DNA from: Amoebidium appalachense
Taxonomy: Eukaryota > Protista > Ichthyosporea
Assembly (NCBI GenBank): GCA_963693365.1
Contig: CAVNZM010000001.1
Coordinates: forward strand, 20,530,125 to 20,594,124
Length of the DNA: 64,000 nucleotides
Direction: 5' to 3'
The notes under the pieces were generated by a model, which did not search any database, was not told the origin of the DNA, and saw nothing but the letters and a program-made list of their open reading frames with translations. Shown one piece after another: positions 1 through 13,566 of this stretch. Position 1 is the stretch's first letter, and each line of letters opens with the position of its first letter. Made by a program: the position numbers and the translations under genes.

Positions 1-49
1 ATAGTTTCATAGCGAAAGGGGAAGAAAAATGGGCCGTAATAGCAACCTA

Positions 50-583
50 TCAATGCTCGTCTGTTTTAGCCTTTTTAATCGCATGGGCCTCCTCCTTCTC
101 CTCCTTTGCATCTTCGCTTGCTTCACTCCTCTCCACCTCCCCCTCCTTCCCCTTATCGTCCTCTGCCGGTCGCTTTTCGCCTTTTGTGTCCTCGGCTGCT
201 GCTTGAGCCTGAGCCAGCATGCCCATGTCCTGTGCAGAAACACATTAACCCTCGTTCCCCTCAAACCTCCTCAAGGGGCAGGAAAAAAGAAAGGAAAAAG
301 ATGACGGCAAAGAAGCGGGAAAAAATACTGAAGAAGAAAAAAAAAACCAATGCAAAGGGGGGGGATGCGCGCCGCACACACACGCACACACTTGCATGCC
401 GAACGCACACACATCAGCGTGCCCTGAAAACAGGGGGGGGGGGGGGGGGGGGAGTTTCACAAACAAAAAGAAACACATGACCACACAAGTCCACACAGAA
501 AACACACACACACAAACACACACAAACACACAAGTACAGCCCCTTCCCCACCGGCACACACCGCGCACGCGCATACCCACACA

Positions 584-615
<32 letters not shown>

Positions 616-1078
616 TCCCTCCCCCCCGCCCCCTCAACACACAACCACACACGCAACACACCCTCAAGCATCCCCAACTACTACCCACCCCACTAGCATG
701 GTGCACCGGTAACCCCGTGTGGGTCACCCTACACACATACACTGGACCCTGCCAGGCAGATGGACAAAGAGTGTACAACGTGACTCACTCTATGTCGTAT
801 CATGCTGGTGCAACTCGACCAACACAAATCACTACGTGCATATGGGGGGATGCCTGCATGCACCAGTAGTGCAAGGTGATGCGGCATGCAAAAGGTTGTG
901 GGGTTGTTCGATGTGTGCATGTGTGCCTGATCATGTTGCCAACAGTCTGTGCATTTCTGCAGAGACGTGTGTGTGCATTTGTGGATGTGTGTCTGTGTGT
1001 CAGTCGCTCTCTCTGTCAGTCTCTCTCTCCCTCTCTGTGTGTGTGTATGAGCGGGTGGATGCGAGAGCAATACGGCCA

Positions 1079-1109
<31 letters not shown>

Positions 1110-1670
1110 ACGCGCGTGTGTGTGTGACGGAGTTGAAACAGGTAGCTTCTTCGAAAAAGGGGTAGGTCGGCAAGCTTTTTCTTCTTCGGTTTTCTTCTTT
1201 CTTCGTTCTTTGGTATGGTGATGGTGGTGGTAATGGTGGTGGCCTCCGAGGGGAAGGGGGGGGAGGGGCTACGTACGACCGAGACCACCATGAGCATCTT
1301 TGTGCTGTTAGCTGCACTCATGGGGATCTTATACGTCATGAAGGGGTGCTGCCGGCCATGGCTGTCAACAACAACATCCAGGGGGGTCACGGACATCTGC
1401 ACCACACACGGTCAGCATGCCGTGTGCTTTTATTCACAAAGAGAACAGAGAAGGACACTGGATGGGCCCACAGTGAACGGCATGGCTATGCTTGCAGATG
1501 GGCACACACCACATCACGCAACAGTCTACGGGATTTCCCCGTGAATACACACGAATAGGTCATGAGACTCATCGTGTTAAAACAGCCATCAAAGATTATG
1601 GAGACACATGTGTTGTCTGCTTGCTTGTGACAAACATCCAACAAATACAAACAAGCTTGTGCGTGTGTGT

Positions 1671-1701
<31 letters not shown>

Positions 1702-1798
1702 GGGGGGGGGGGGAGGGGGGGGGGGAGGGAGGGAGGAATGGGCATGATACCCGTGCTTCGACCCATTCGCCTTGCGTGGGCGCGCACACGTTGGCGTG

Positions 1799-1845
<47 letters not shown>

Positions 1846-2083
1846 AGACCGGAAGGGGGGGGGGGGGGGGGGGGGAGGGGGGGAGGGTCGGTTGGATTAG
1901 GTTACAGAACCACACCAAATGGTCAAATAGTGAAAATAACAAGGGCACACACACAAAGTATTCAACATCAGTGGAGCCCAACCTCGGTAGTGGTCTGTGT
2001 GTGTGTTCGCGCACGGGGGGGAGGGGGCGGGGGGGAGGGGGGGAGGAGGGGCTAAGCTTTCTTTCTTTCTTTTTTTTTTTTTT

Positions 2084-2164
<81 letters not shown>

Positions 2165-2663
2165 ATGTGATGCACAGTACGGCACACAGGACTCACCTCG
2201 CCGCCATCCATAATCTCCCTCTCTTTCTCAAAGGCCTTCTCAGCGTCTGTGCCCTCGTAGCAGCACTTGCCGGCAAGCTCGTGCACACTCTTGCCTCTGA
2301 GCTGGGCATAGACCTTATTGACGTACACGTAGTGGCCCTCGTAGTTGACCGCATACACCCTGGGCATATGATCAAGGTGAGCATGTGGTGTGTGTGGGTC
2401 GCATGATGTTATGTTGTGTGGGATGCTAGATACACCAGCACATTATTTGTCTTTGTGTCAACATTGACAGTGAAGATAAGTAATGTAGAAACTTGAAATG
2501 ATGCTATGTGGAATGCAAAGTATAACAGCACCTTATGCATTGGGCCAAAGGACAGTTACTATATCCAGCCCCCCACGTCCAGCCAAGGCCCACCCACCCC
2601 ATGACACAGCATGTGCAAATTTACAGGTTAACACAACCTGCTGCAGTTCGGCTCCATCTTGCT

Positions 2664-2722
<59 letters not shown>

Positions 2723-2732
2723 ACATACCCCC

Positions 2733-2763
<31 letters not shown>

Positions 2764-2869
2764 AAAAAAAGAAAAGAAAAAAAACATAACAAACAAAGAA
2801 AGAAATGGAAATCCCCCCGAATATGTGTGCAAGCACCTGCACTCCTAAGGGTTGCCAATTTGCATTATT

Positions 2870-2955
<86 letters not shown>

Positions 2956-4086
2956 GACACATACACACTAAAGTGGGACAGACACATACACACTAAAGTG
3001 GGTGCCCAAAGCAGACTACTTGGGTAAACATGTGATCAGCCATGGACTATTGTGTGTCTGTGCTTCAGGTTCTCACGTGCTTCTAGCACTATCTAGCGCT
3101 AGAATGTTTCTGTGTGTGCATGGGTGCGAGGGCGTATGTGTTCACATGAATTTGTATCCCTGTCTGACGTAGCTGCAAGCATATGAATATATGTCGGCAT
3201 GGTCTCTGTGTGCACATATCTTTGTGTAGGTCATGCAAAAGACTGCGACTGCACAGGTACACGTAGGTAATCTTCGTGATTGCACATAGTTCCTCTAGCT
3301 TAGCCTTTGGGGATCAGTGGAACCAAAATAGAGTGCTCGTGTGTGTAGTGGCTGGTCAGGCAGGAGAAGAGGGGGTGAACAGTGATATGTCTGTGCTATG
3401 GTGTGGGCATATCGGCATGTGTGCATGCTGGTACATGTGAGCGGCACGGAAGTAAAAACGTGTGGGTATGGTCAACGGAAGTCACACTGTGTGCTGCGAC
3501 ATGCATGCATGTAGTGCATGCTTGTTCAGCTTCATTTACTTATCTACCACGGTGCATACAGCATATGTGGGTATGGGGGGTGCCTTGTACAGGTGCAAAT
3601 GGTGCAAAGGCAATGGTGTCACAAATGGGTGTATCACCATGCGTGCCTGCGCCAGTATGAGCTTAAGGTGAGTGCAAGTAACAGGGTGAGGGTGAGGGTG
3701 TGAGAGGGTGCCTCAAGAGTGCACTTTCGGCAGGTGTATGGTTGAGGCGCGCAGGTGTTTGTGCCATGAAAGTTGTTGTGCCCACTTCCATCACGGCACT
3801 TAATGAACTTGATCAGCCGACTGTGTTCCTGAGCGTATACACTATGCCAGCTATTGGACGGCTGTGACCAGCACAAATAAGGAAAAACCAGACAAAGTGC
3901 TGCAGCAGATGTTTGCGGGCGAGGGGGGGGGGGGGGGGGAGGGAGGGGGGGGGGAACAGACGGTCCCGGGAGCTTGTCGATGGTCTCTTGGATTTGCTTG
4001 TCTCCGTCGTTCAAAAGGTGCTCTATGTCCCTAAGCGCGGCGGCAAATTCCTCCTCGCCGCCTGCGTTTTGTTCTGTGTCTGCCAT
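50..4086 (-). CDS. Stand-alone PAS-domain protein, ~195 aa, 4 exons (4086-3962, 2359-2197, 1396-1277, 229-50)
   Basis: GT-AG introns with consistent phases (2,0,0). The spliced core IQETIDKLPGPVYAVNYEGHYVYVNKVYAQLRGKSVHELAGKCCYE...DSHGRQHPFMTYKIPM...LMVVSVD fits the PAS/PAC pattern (P-V-x-x-x-N/D-x-x-G-x-Y-V-Y-V-N ... EL-x-GK). A charged C-terminal tail ends at TGA 50-52. Confidence 0.8.
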
Positions 4087-5219
4087 GTTCTCTGTCTCTA
4101 GTAGAGTGTGGTGATGGTGGTGGTGGTTGCTCTGTGGTTTGATCGATTGTGTTGCCCTCTACCCTCCGGAGCTATGAACGGAGTTTAATATAAACGTCAC
4201 AAAGAATAGTCTTATTGTGGTGTGCTTCAACTCTCTATCCCTAACAAATGGTGTACCTGCGATTAACAAGGTACTGAGGTAAAGGAATGAAGTGCCTACA
4301 TAAATGTGGAAAAAAGTGTAAGCCGTTGCTGCCACCCGGAAGGAACTTCGTGGAAACGTTCAAGCAGCCCAAAACTTCCCGCGCGTAAGGCTGCGCTGTC
4401 AACTAATCACCAGCTACTTTTCCAGCGATTTTGTTTTTGAGATGTTCGCAAGATGTTTTAGCCTAAGTCTAAATACGAGACAAAGGGCATAACTTGTGCA
4501 CATAGATCATAAATAAGACGGTTTAGGATTGATGCTAGTGGTAAAGCATCTACAATCGCGCGATTAGCAAGCACAAAGAGCTCTTTTTATCCACTTTATA
4601 ATTTGTGCCTGCGCCCAGAACCCTTACCAATTGCGGGCTATATCTGCACCCTCTCTCCTTCGCGAGCATTCTGGCGTCAGACTCTCGTGTATTGAAAGTT
4701 CGTTTTCACTCCGCGGTTTTCTCTGAAAGACAGCGCCTGCAAAGGAATCGTTTCTTTTTTTTTTTTAAACTACGCCTGTTTCTCGAGGGCGGAAGCAATA
4801 TGCGTGATGTAGGATTAACTTGACGGACGGTAGTATAGCTGACAACAATTGTCGCAAGGCAGTGAAGCGAGCAAAGAGAGAGAGGGAGAGAGCGAGGAAG
4901 ATAGGGAGAGAGAGCACTTTGGATATTAAAGGAAGAGAGGGCGGGAGTGAGCGAGAAAGGAAAGGAAGTATGGTGAACTTGAATAAGACTGCAACTTTTT
5001 TTCTCTGAACAATTCAAGTCTGTTTCATCAGCCTTTCTGCAACATCCCATTTACAACGAAGCTTGGCACCTACTTTCTACCTTTTGGTCTCACACACACG
5101 CAGGAAGGTTAGCTCCCTTTTCTGTCACAGTTTTCTATACCCCAAGCACCATCACACCTGCACATGTTGATTAGAATAGCCACTCGTTCCTAGGCGGGTG
5201 TTGGGGTCTCTCTTCAAAC

Positions 5220-6210
5220 ATGACAGACCCAAGGTTAGCCAAGGTTCTTGCGGACCCGATCTTCAAGCCAGACAGGGTCAACGAGCTGGTAGAGATGGAC
5301 GACCAGGACTTTTTGGATGACACGTTGGAGGACTTTATCGACCAGGTCAACAACGGATTGGATGAGATGAGCACGTTTTAGTAGGTGCCCTTGCTTACAT
5401 GGCGGTGTGGCTGTACAGGCCGGCTGTGTTCATGTGGGTGTGGTTGGGTGGCTTTACTCTGTATTAGAAGGCTGGCTGGGTGGTAGGAAGTTGGAGGGAA
5501 GGTGACCTGGAGCCGGCACGATGGAAACGGAGGGGTGGGTGGCCGAGAACAGAGGCGGGAAAGAGGGGGTATTTTCACACACACGTTGTATTCCAATCAT
5601 AAGTTGGGACAAAGGGGTTTTGTAAGTGTGCTTGAGGGCTTCCTTGGCCCGATTCTGTGAGTAGGAGCATCAGTCTGTTTGGTGTCGTAAGTTGGTGTAA
5701 GCAGTCGATGCACTCGGATCTTTCTCCGTACTCTTGCTTCCATGGCCAGCAAAACCGCATCTCGTTCTCCCACCAGCTTTTGTCTTTTTTGCCCTAATCT
5801 GTCCTCCCCCCGTCCCCTCTTTTCGAACGTGGAGTTCTTGCTCTCTTGTTTTACTCTGTGACTCATCTGTTTTGTTATTCCTGCTGTATGGCAGTCTTTC
5901 GCTTCCGTACAATGATCTTTTTTTTGCTCTTATCCTTTCTTTTTCCATTCCTGTTTTTGCTCGTCTTTCACTCTGAAAACACCCTCGCTTCCAGAACAGA
6001 AACACACACATACTCACAAGAACACTACACGGATACCCCCCCCCCCCCCCCCCCCCCCCCCACACCACCACAACAACCACCACACACAAACACACTCAGA
6101 GGGGGGGGGGGGGGGTTTTTTTGCACTCTCCTTTTCTCTTCCCCCCCGTCCCCCCCCCCTCCTTTTCCCTCTCTCTCTCACTCACGCGCGCGCGCACACA
6201 CACACACACA

Positions 6211-6255
<45 letters not shown>

Positions 6256-6382
6256 CCCCCCCCCCCCCCCCCCCCCCTCTTCCTCTCTCTCTCTCTTCCT
6301 GTCTCTCTCCCCCCCCCCCCCCCCCCCCCTTCCTCTCTCTCTCTTCCTGTCTCTCTCTCTCTCTCTCCCCCCCCCCCCCCCC

Positions 6383-6472
<90 letters not shown>

Positions 6473-7002
6473 CCTTCATCTTGTCTTTTTCTTGCCCCCT
6501 CCCACGACCTCCTTCCCTTTCACACAACTCCCATTCTTTCCTCAGCCTTCTGGAGGATGGGCTCTGCGTATGCTACGTTGCAGCCACTCCCTGTGTGCAT
6601 GCTTGAAAAGTCTTGCATGCACTGCAGTGTTCTTGGTGGTCTTTGTCCTCCCTGCTCTCCCTCCCCTTGCATGCTGCCGGGCACCCCCGCCCTCTCTCTC
6701 TCTTGTCTGTCGCTTAAGCAGCATTCACCTCTTTGTGGGTGTTTTCTCTGGAATTGTTACTCTATTGGTCATTCCCCCCCCCCCCCCCCCCCCCCCCCCA
6801 CCACCACCCTTCTCTAAAAAAAAAATTGGTCCGTCGTGAATATGTACTTCGTTCTGTGATGAATCCGACTCTCCTGTCTCTGGGTTGAAACTCTAGTACT
6901 GTGGATGACTTGGTGACTTGACTCTTCTTAATTATGCATACTCTTTATCGTTATTTGCACTGTGTATTTTGTTTTCCGTTGTGTTTCCCACTTTGTAGCT
7001 CA

Positions 7003-7035
<33 letters not shown>

Positions 7036-7736
7036 ACCACCACCACCACCACCACACACACTCACTCACACACTCACTGTTGGTGGATTGTGCTGTGCGT
7101 CGTGAAAATGTCTACGTACGTATTCTTTGTAACACACCCCCCCCCCCCCCCTTCCCCCGGCCCCAGCGTCTTTCCTTTTTCCGCTATCGTCATGAATGTG
7201 TACTTCATACTCTGTAACACATTCCCCGCCCTCCCCTGGGCAGCCAACTTTTTTGAACATGATTGCTGGCCATCTTTTCATTGCTCGTTGTCGTTTTTTT
7301 CTGCGCTGTGCTCTGATGCATAAACTAGCCGAGAGGAGGGCTGCAACATGGACACTTTCTTGTGCTGTGTGTGTGCGTGTGGGCAGGCCTTGTACTTGTC
7401 TGGCCTGCTTGTGTGCGCGTATTCGTTTGCGTCTCCTTGTGTGAATTTATGCTGTGTGTGTGTGGCCGTGCATGCTTGTGCATGTTGTGCATATTCCTGT
7501 ACCTGCAAATAGATATGTTCGGAGGCAATGTGTATGTGTTGCACGTGTGTGCACGTGCCCACGGTATGCTCAGGTGTTTTCGGCTCTTTCCCCCACTCTC
7601 TCGCTCCTGGGTAACGCCAGTAGTGTGTGCATAATATGGTTCCTCTGCAAGATGTACCTGCCTATGGTGCATGCTACGTGTGTCTGTTGCTGACCCCAAT
7701 CTTTGCCGTGTTCTCTGGTCTTACTCTGAGCACTGT

Positions 7737-7788
<52 letters not shown>

Positions 7789-8014
7789 TTCTCATAGTGG
7801 ACTGGTGTTGGTCAGTGTGTGTCTCACTTCACGTTTCCTTTGCTTCGCAGGGCTCCCCTCCTTCCGTTTTAATGTGCTGCTTCTCCTTCCGTATGTCGTT
7901 TGGTTCTCTTTTCTTTCTCGTGCCTGGTTCCCTCCCTCAACCCCTCCCTGCCTCCCTCCCTCTTCCCTCTCTCGCTGGCTCGATCGATCTCTCGTTCATT
8001 TTCTCTTCGGGGGG

Positions 8015-8064
<50 letters not shown>

Positions 8065-8139
8065 TGTGTATTTTTTGGTGTGTGTGCGGGGGGTTGGTTG
8101 GTTGGTTGGTTGGTTTTGGGGGGGGGAGGGGGAGGGGGG

Positions 8140-8173
<34 letters not shown>

Positions 8174-8504
8174 ATGGGTGAAGGCACAAGACATGGCATT
8201 GACCAGTGCAATGTGTTCCGGCTGCAGCGACAGCAAGGAGTGGGTCAAGCTGGCCGAGAAGGCGCACTTCCTTAAGGGCAGCAGCCTGGCGCTGGGCTGT
8301 GAGCGGCTGGGCCACCTGTTCGAGGTCATGCAGCACCTCAAGAAGCCCAGCGATGCTGACATCGAGTTCATCGACACGTGCATTGAGACGGCTGAGAAGA
8401 CATGGGAGGAGACCCTGCCCCATATTGACGAGTACATCTCAAGAGACCCGGAGGGCGAGGAGGGGGACGAGGGGGATGAGGGGGAGGATGGCGACAGGGC
8501 ATGA
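5220..8504 (+). CDS. Histidine phosphotransfer (HPt) protein, Ypd1/AHP-like, ~145 aa, 2 exons (5220-5380, 8228-8504)
   Basis: A phase-2 intron (TA|gtaggt...ctgcag|C) joins MTDPRLAKVLADPIFKPDRVNELVEMDDQDFLDDTLEDFIDQVNNGLDEMSTFY to DSKEWVKLAEKAHFLKGSSLALGCERL. HFLKGSS is the canonical HPt phospho-His motif. Confidence 0.9.
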
Positions 8505-9694
8505 GCAAACCTCCTTTTGGCGGATGGAACCTCAGCATGGGGTTCAACTTTTGTGTATATGTGGGTGGGTGTACGTGAGAGGAAGGTGGTGGTGGTGGTG
8601 TGGGTGGGTTAGGGGGAGGGGGGGGGGGGGGGGGGGGGGAGATCGTTACTGTACAGGTGTGTTGTACGGCTATAAATAGATAGTCAATGTTTGGAGCACC
8701 ACATGCCTGCTGCTGTGCTATTGGATAGCTGACAGCACGGCAACCCCTGCTGTGTGTGACCAGTAGGCAGTAGTGTAAATACATGCACTGGAGTGACCTT
8801 ACCTTGTCCGTCCCTAGCAACTAAACCGTGTTTTCTGATTCTCGTGTCAATATCCTTATGGAATTTCTGATTGTTCTATTATGATTTACAGCTATACAAA
8901 TCCTTGGGGTTTGGATTTGGTTTCATGTTGGTACTGTTTTCCCAAAAGAGTTATGTTTCATTAATTGAGGTGGACTAATGGTCATTGAGTAAGGGGATTT
9001 GGAATTGTGGGGCTGGACCCACCGAGTGTACATATGCGCCTATGGGGGCTAAATGGACTGCCACTAAGCATATTGAGTCACCATCTTGCTGCCGCATCCT
9101 GAGGTTCAGTCAGACACCACACATGCACACGAGCGTATGTGGGAACACGTGTGCGTGCATTGCAGCTCCGGACCCTGAGGCTTAATAACATACGTATTTG
9201 CAAATGAACATATGCATGTGTGTATTTGTGTGTGTGCATACACATGCACCCGCAGTATGTGTGTGCAGGACCAACCCCAGGGCCTCGGTGGGCTGGGGTG
9301 GCCTATGTGCGCATGGGTGTGTCTCTAGCTCTGCGTGTCACAATGTTTCTTTTATGGTTTTGTGTGTGCTTGTACGTGGGTATACGTACGTGTGCACGTT
9401 CGTGTCTGCGTGTGTGCTTGTGTGTGCATGCGCGCGCACATGGCATTAAATTAATTAACTATCGAGCACGCCCGCGTGTGTATGTAGGGGTATGTGTGTG
9501 TGCGTGTGTGTGAGAGGGGGGGGGGGGGGGGGGGGGGGATTGGAAGTGAAACCAGACTTGTAGCTTATGTTCGATGGACACCAACTTACAAGTCATGGCT
9601 TACCCTCTGGGCAGCCACGTACTTCTATTCTTAGGTACAATAAAAGGGGTCCCATATCTCTATTGCTATTTATATCGTGTATGTTAGGGCCATA

Positions 9695-10100
9695 CTATGT
9701 GCTGGGGGCTGGTGCCGGCAAGGGGGGTGGTCTTGGCATCATAGCCGGCTGCATGTAGCACTGCCGGGGGGGTAGGTCAGACACTGCAACAGTGCAGGCC
9801 ACAGCCACAGGTTCATATATACATGCACACAGAGAGAGGCCGATACATGCACTGAAAGACAGATCCATGCACACAGAGAGACAGATCCATGCACACAGAG
9901 ACACAAATCCGTGCACGCGGAAAAAGAGAGAGAGATCCATGCACACGGAGAGACAGATCCGTGCGCGCACACACACACACACACACACACAGACAAATCC
10001 ATGTCAATACACAGGAAAATCCATACACAAAAGAGGCACCCATGTCCAGAAGCAGCCTTGGAGAACAGTACTTAACAGTGAACACACAGATGGACTAATG

Positions 10101-10136
<36 letters not shown>

Positions 10137-10697
10137 ACCCCAAAAAAAAAAAAAAAAAAAAAAAAAAGAGGGCTGACAGGCTGCACATATGAATGCATAG
10201 TGAATTTTTCAATCTTCACGGAGGTGCAGACACGACTGTACATCATCGCATCGCTCAAGTGACATCTAAAGCTGTGAGAGCAACAAACTCGGCACAACCT
10301 CAAATCCTAACAGCCATCTCTAACCATACACACGACCCTTCTCGCCGAAGTGGGGGGGAGGGGAGGGAGGGAGGGGAAGGGGGGGGGGGGGAGATTACCA
10401 GAGTTAGGGCCATAATCGTAAATCTGTATTAAAATAAAAAAAATTGGTCAGAGTGCAGCCCCCATCTTGTTTCACTGCTGCTACCATTTACACCCGCACC
10501 ACAAAACTGCACCTAATATCTGCCCTCCCCCCCCCCCCCCCCCCCCCATCCCCCCCCCCCCCCCCCCCCCCCCTCCCCCCCTCTTACTATCATGATTTAT
10601 ATACACCACGAGGTGGGCTCTAAGTTTACAACCCTTCTCCTCGCGGGGTGACCCTCTAGCCGAAGTGAGGCAGGATATAGCGCTCCTCCCCACTCCC

Positions 10698-10729
<32 letters not shown>

Positions 10730-10735
10730 CCCCCC

Positions 10736-10766
<31 letters not shown>

Positions 10767-10773
10767 ACATCAA

Positions 10774-10806
<33 letters not shown>

Positions 10807-11668
10807 CCTTGACACATACACACACACACACTCCCCATCCCTCCCAATAGCCTACACTTCCACCCCCCCCCCCCACCCCATCCCCACCCTAGACCATGTG
10901 TGTGGGGCACCTACGATAGGGCCGACATCTGGGGGTTGTCACTGTCCATGTTCATGGATGCCACCACCGATGCAATCACACCCGTCCACGCCACATATTT
11001 GCTCTGCCCGTGCACACAGGGTCAGAGCGCGACGTGGAATGAAGACATACAATTTTAGCAATACCAAATGCGACATATGGTACATAAGCACACCCCAACC
11101 CACAACCCCTTACTAGTCTCTTCCACTTCCTCGCAAAACAAAGAGGGTGGGGGGAGGGTGAGAGGATTTGAGGGTGTAAGGGTTTGAGGGTGTAAGGGAG
11201 AGGGAAGGGGGGGAGGAGAGAAATAGAGAGAGAAGGGGGGTGGGGTGGGGAAGGAGAGGAAGATGGGGAGAGAGACAGAGAGAGCGAGAGACGGGGGGAG
11301 GGGAGAGAGAGAGAGAGAAAGAGAGAGAGAGGGGGGGGGGGGGGGAGGAGGGGGGGAGGGAGCGAGGGAGGGGGGGAGGGATGGACGGAGGGAGGGAGCG
11401 AGGGAGGGAGAGGCAATGAAGGGATAAAGGGAAAAATAGACAGAGAGAGGAGGGGGAGAGAGGAGGGACGGTCGGAGGGAGCGAGGAAGGAAGGAGAGAC
11501 AGAGAGTGAGGGAGGGTGTGTGTGTGTGTGAAGCTAGTCGGCAGGGTTGTGGGAGTCTAAAGAAGCATGAATGTGCCGGGCAGACGGAGGGTGGGCGGGC
11601 GGGAGGGACGAGAGACAGTGTGAGAAAAGGGGGCTGAAGGAGAGAGGTGAAGGGCAAGGGGGGGGGGA

Positions 11669-11703
<35 letters not shown>

Positions 11704-11863
11704 ATAAAGGAAACGATGGAAGGTGGGTGGGAAAAGGAATCAGAGTGCTTATATTAGGGCAGGCTTCTGCTGAGAGAAGGAACTTCAGAAAGGAACACAC
11801 GAGGGACGAAAAAAGAGGGTAGTGAGTGTGTGCATAAACGTGGATGTAGCTGTGAAGTGTGTG

Positions 11864-11941
<78 letters not shown>

Positions 11942-11987
11942 TGTGTGCGTGGGTGGGTGGGTGGGTGGGTGGGTGGGTGTAGTTATT

Positions 11988-12021
<34 letters not shown>

Positions 12022-12457
12022 ATTAAGACACACGCCCCAGGCACGTCCAACCATTCGTGTGTTTATGTACCCGTGGTTGCAGTCGTGTGTGTACACAAGT
12101 ACGCCCGCTCACAAGCGCCCACGCGCCCACACCTCTCCCCTCCGCCCCGAAAATTACCCCTTTTTCTATCCTAACGAAGCCGCCCCCCCCCCCCCCCCCC
12201 CCCCCCCTCCCCCCCCCCCCCCTCCCCCTCCCCTCACCTCCCCCTCCCCACCTCCCCCTCCCCCCGACTATTGGTCATACACACGCAAATCACGCGCCAC
12301 TACAGGCACCTACCCTCGTGACCACCGACGCTATGCCGATAGCCAACGCAAACAGGTTCAAAAAGTCCCCCCTTGGGTCCACAAAAGAGGTGCGCTTCAG
12401 GTAGGCCGGCTTGAACGGCATTTCGGCATCGGGCCGACGGGGGTCCTTGGGTGCCAT
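9695..12457 (-). CDS. PAT complex subunit Asterix (WDR83OS/UPF0139)-like ER membrane protein, ~107 aa, 4 exons (12457-12314, 11003-10915, 10423-10399, 9760-9695)
   Basis: Spliced: MAPKDPRRPDAEMPFKPAYLKRTSFVDPRGDFLNLFALAIGIASVVTR SKYVAWTGVIASVVASMNMDSDNPQMSALS FTIMALTL CYMQPAMMPRPPP. It matches Asterix hallmarks (DPRRP..xKP, DP..D..NL, K..AW, three hydrophobic segments) and family length. Phases are consistent and include a 25-nt micro-exon. Confidence 0.85.
9850..10030. repeat. Degenerate ~20-24 bp intronic minisatellite (agacagatccatgcacacag-type)
   Basis: Several imperfect copies of (aga)cagatcc(a/g)tgcac lie in the last Asterix intron. Confidence 0.65.
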
Positions 12458-13376
12458 GTTAGGGGTTAGAGCGTGCGTGTGTGGGCACTATGCTTAGTGT
12501 TCTTGGCTCCTAAGTCTAGTCAATCAGGTACGTATACAGCCTCTCAAACGAAATACACCACTGTTCATGAAGCCTCTTCGAAGCAACTATCCGATTGGCA
12601 AAGTTTTCCAAAGTTTTTCGATAATAGATCGCCTCGTAGTAACACAACTATGACATGTACGAGTGTCTCTACTAGACGATTGTGCCTCTTTCCTGGGCAG
12701 GCCTATAATATAGTATTTATATAAATATTTGCAAATATAAAAAGTCTGAGTCAGGAGAGGGCTTGTATGGGCAAACTGTGACTACACTAAACACCTGGTC
12801 ATTGCGAAAACGTATCCAATATACGTTTACATCATTTGTTCCATGTATGCCTCTTTAGTGTCTCAGTTCACCTGGTGAAGACGCTAAAGAGGGAAACCCC
12901 AGAGGCTCAGCGCCGGGAATCCAGACGGTACGTCCTGTACCGGTGCTGCCATATGCTCTCAGAGAAGGCTCGAAAAGAGCCCCGAAAGATCTCTAGAGAA
13001 TGTTTTTGTGTATTGTGGATGTGTGGTTTTTTTTTTTTTTTTTTTGGGGGGGGGGGGGTCTATAGAGCCGCAAGGAAGGGAGGGATGGGGAAGAGGATAA
13101 CAACTTGGCAGCCGGGAGGTGGTGCAGCCACAACATGCGTTGCTGGTGTATGTGTATGTGGTGGGCCTACGGAGGCGGCATAGAAAGTGCACGTATAAAG
13201 TATGTGCAGACGTAGGCACACGTGAGGCTACGGTGCACAATGTCGCACAATGCGTGTATGCCATTTGCACATACAGAACGTGCGTGGGAGCAGATGGTGG
13301 GTGGAGAATGCAGGTGTGTGAGCAGCTGACACGTATTCGGGCAAAAACAGAGTCCCCCGGAAGAGGAAATCTGTAT

Positions 13377-13566
13377 TCGGCAGAACTATGTATATACGAT
13401 GTCATTTTCCGAAACAGGCAAAAGAGAAAAAACAACTGCCATTTTGCACCGTGACTAGACTTTGGTGACCATCGGCAGAACTATGTATATACAATGTCAT
13501 TTTCCGAAACAGGCAAAAGAGAAAAAACAACTGCCATTTTGCACCGTGACTAGACTTTGGTGACCA
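13377..13566. repeat. Tandem direct duplication, 2 x 95 bp
   Basis: tcggcagaactatgtatatac(g/a)atgtc...gactttggtgacca occurs at 13377-13471 and 13472-13566 with one mismatch. Confidence 0.9.

Noticed and set aside
5846-6817. Long ORFs rich in CV/HT/P/G/LS runs here and throughout the window
   Set aside because: They are translations of stop-free (GT)n, (CT)n and poly-G/C tracts inside introns.
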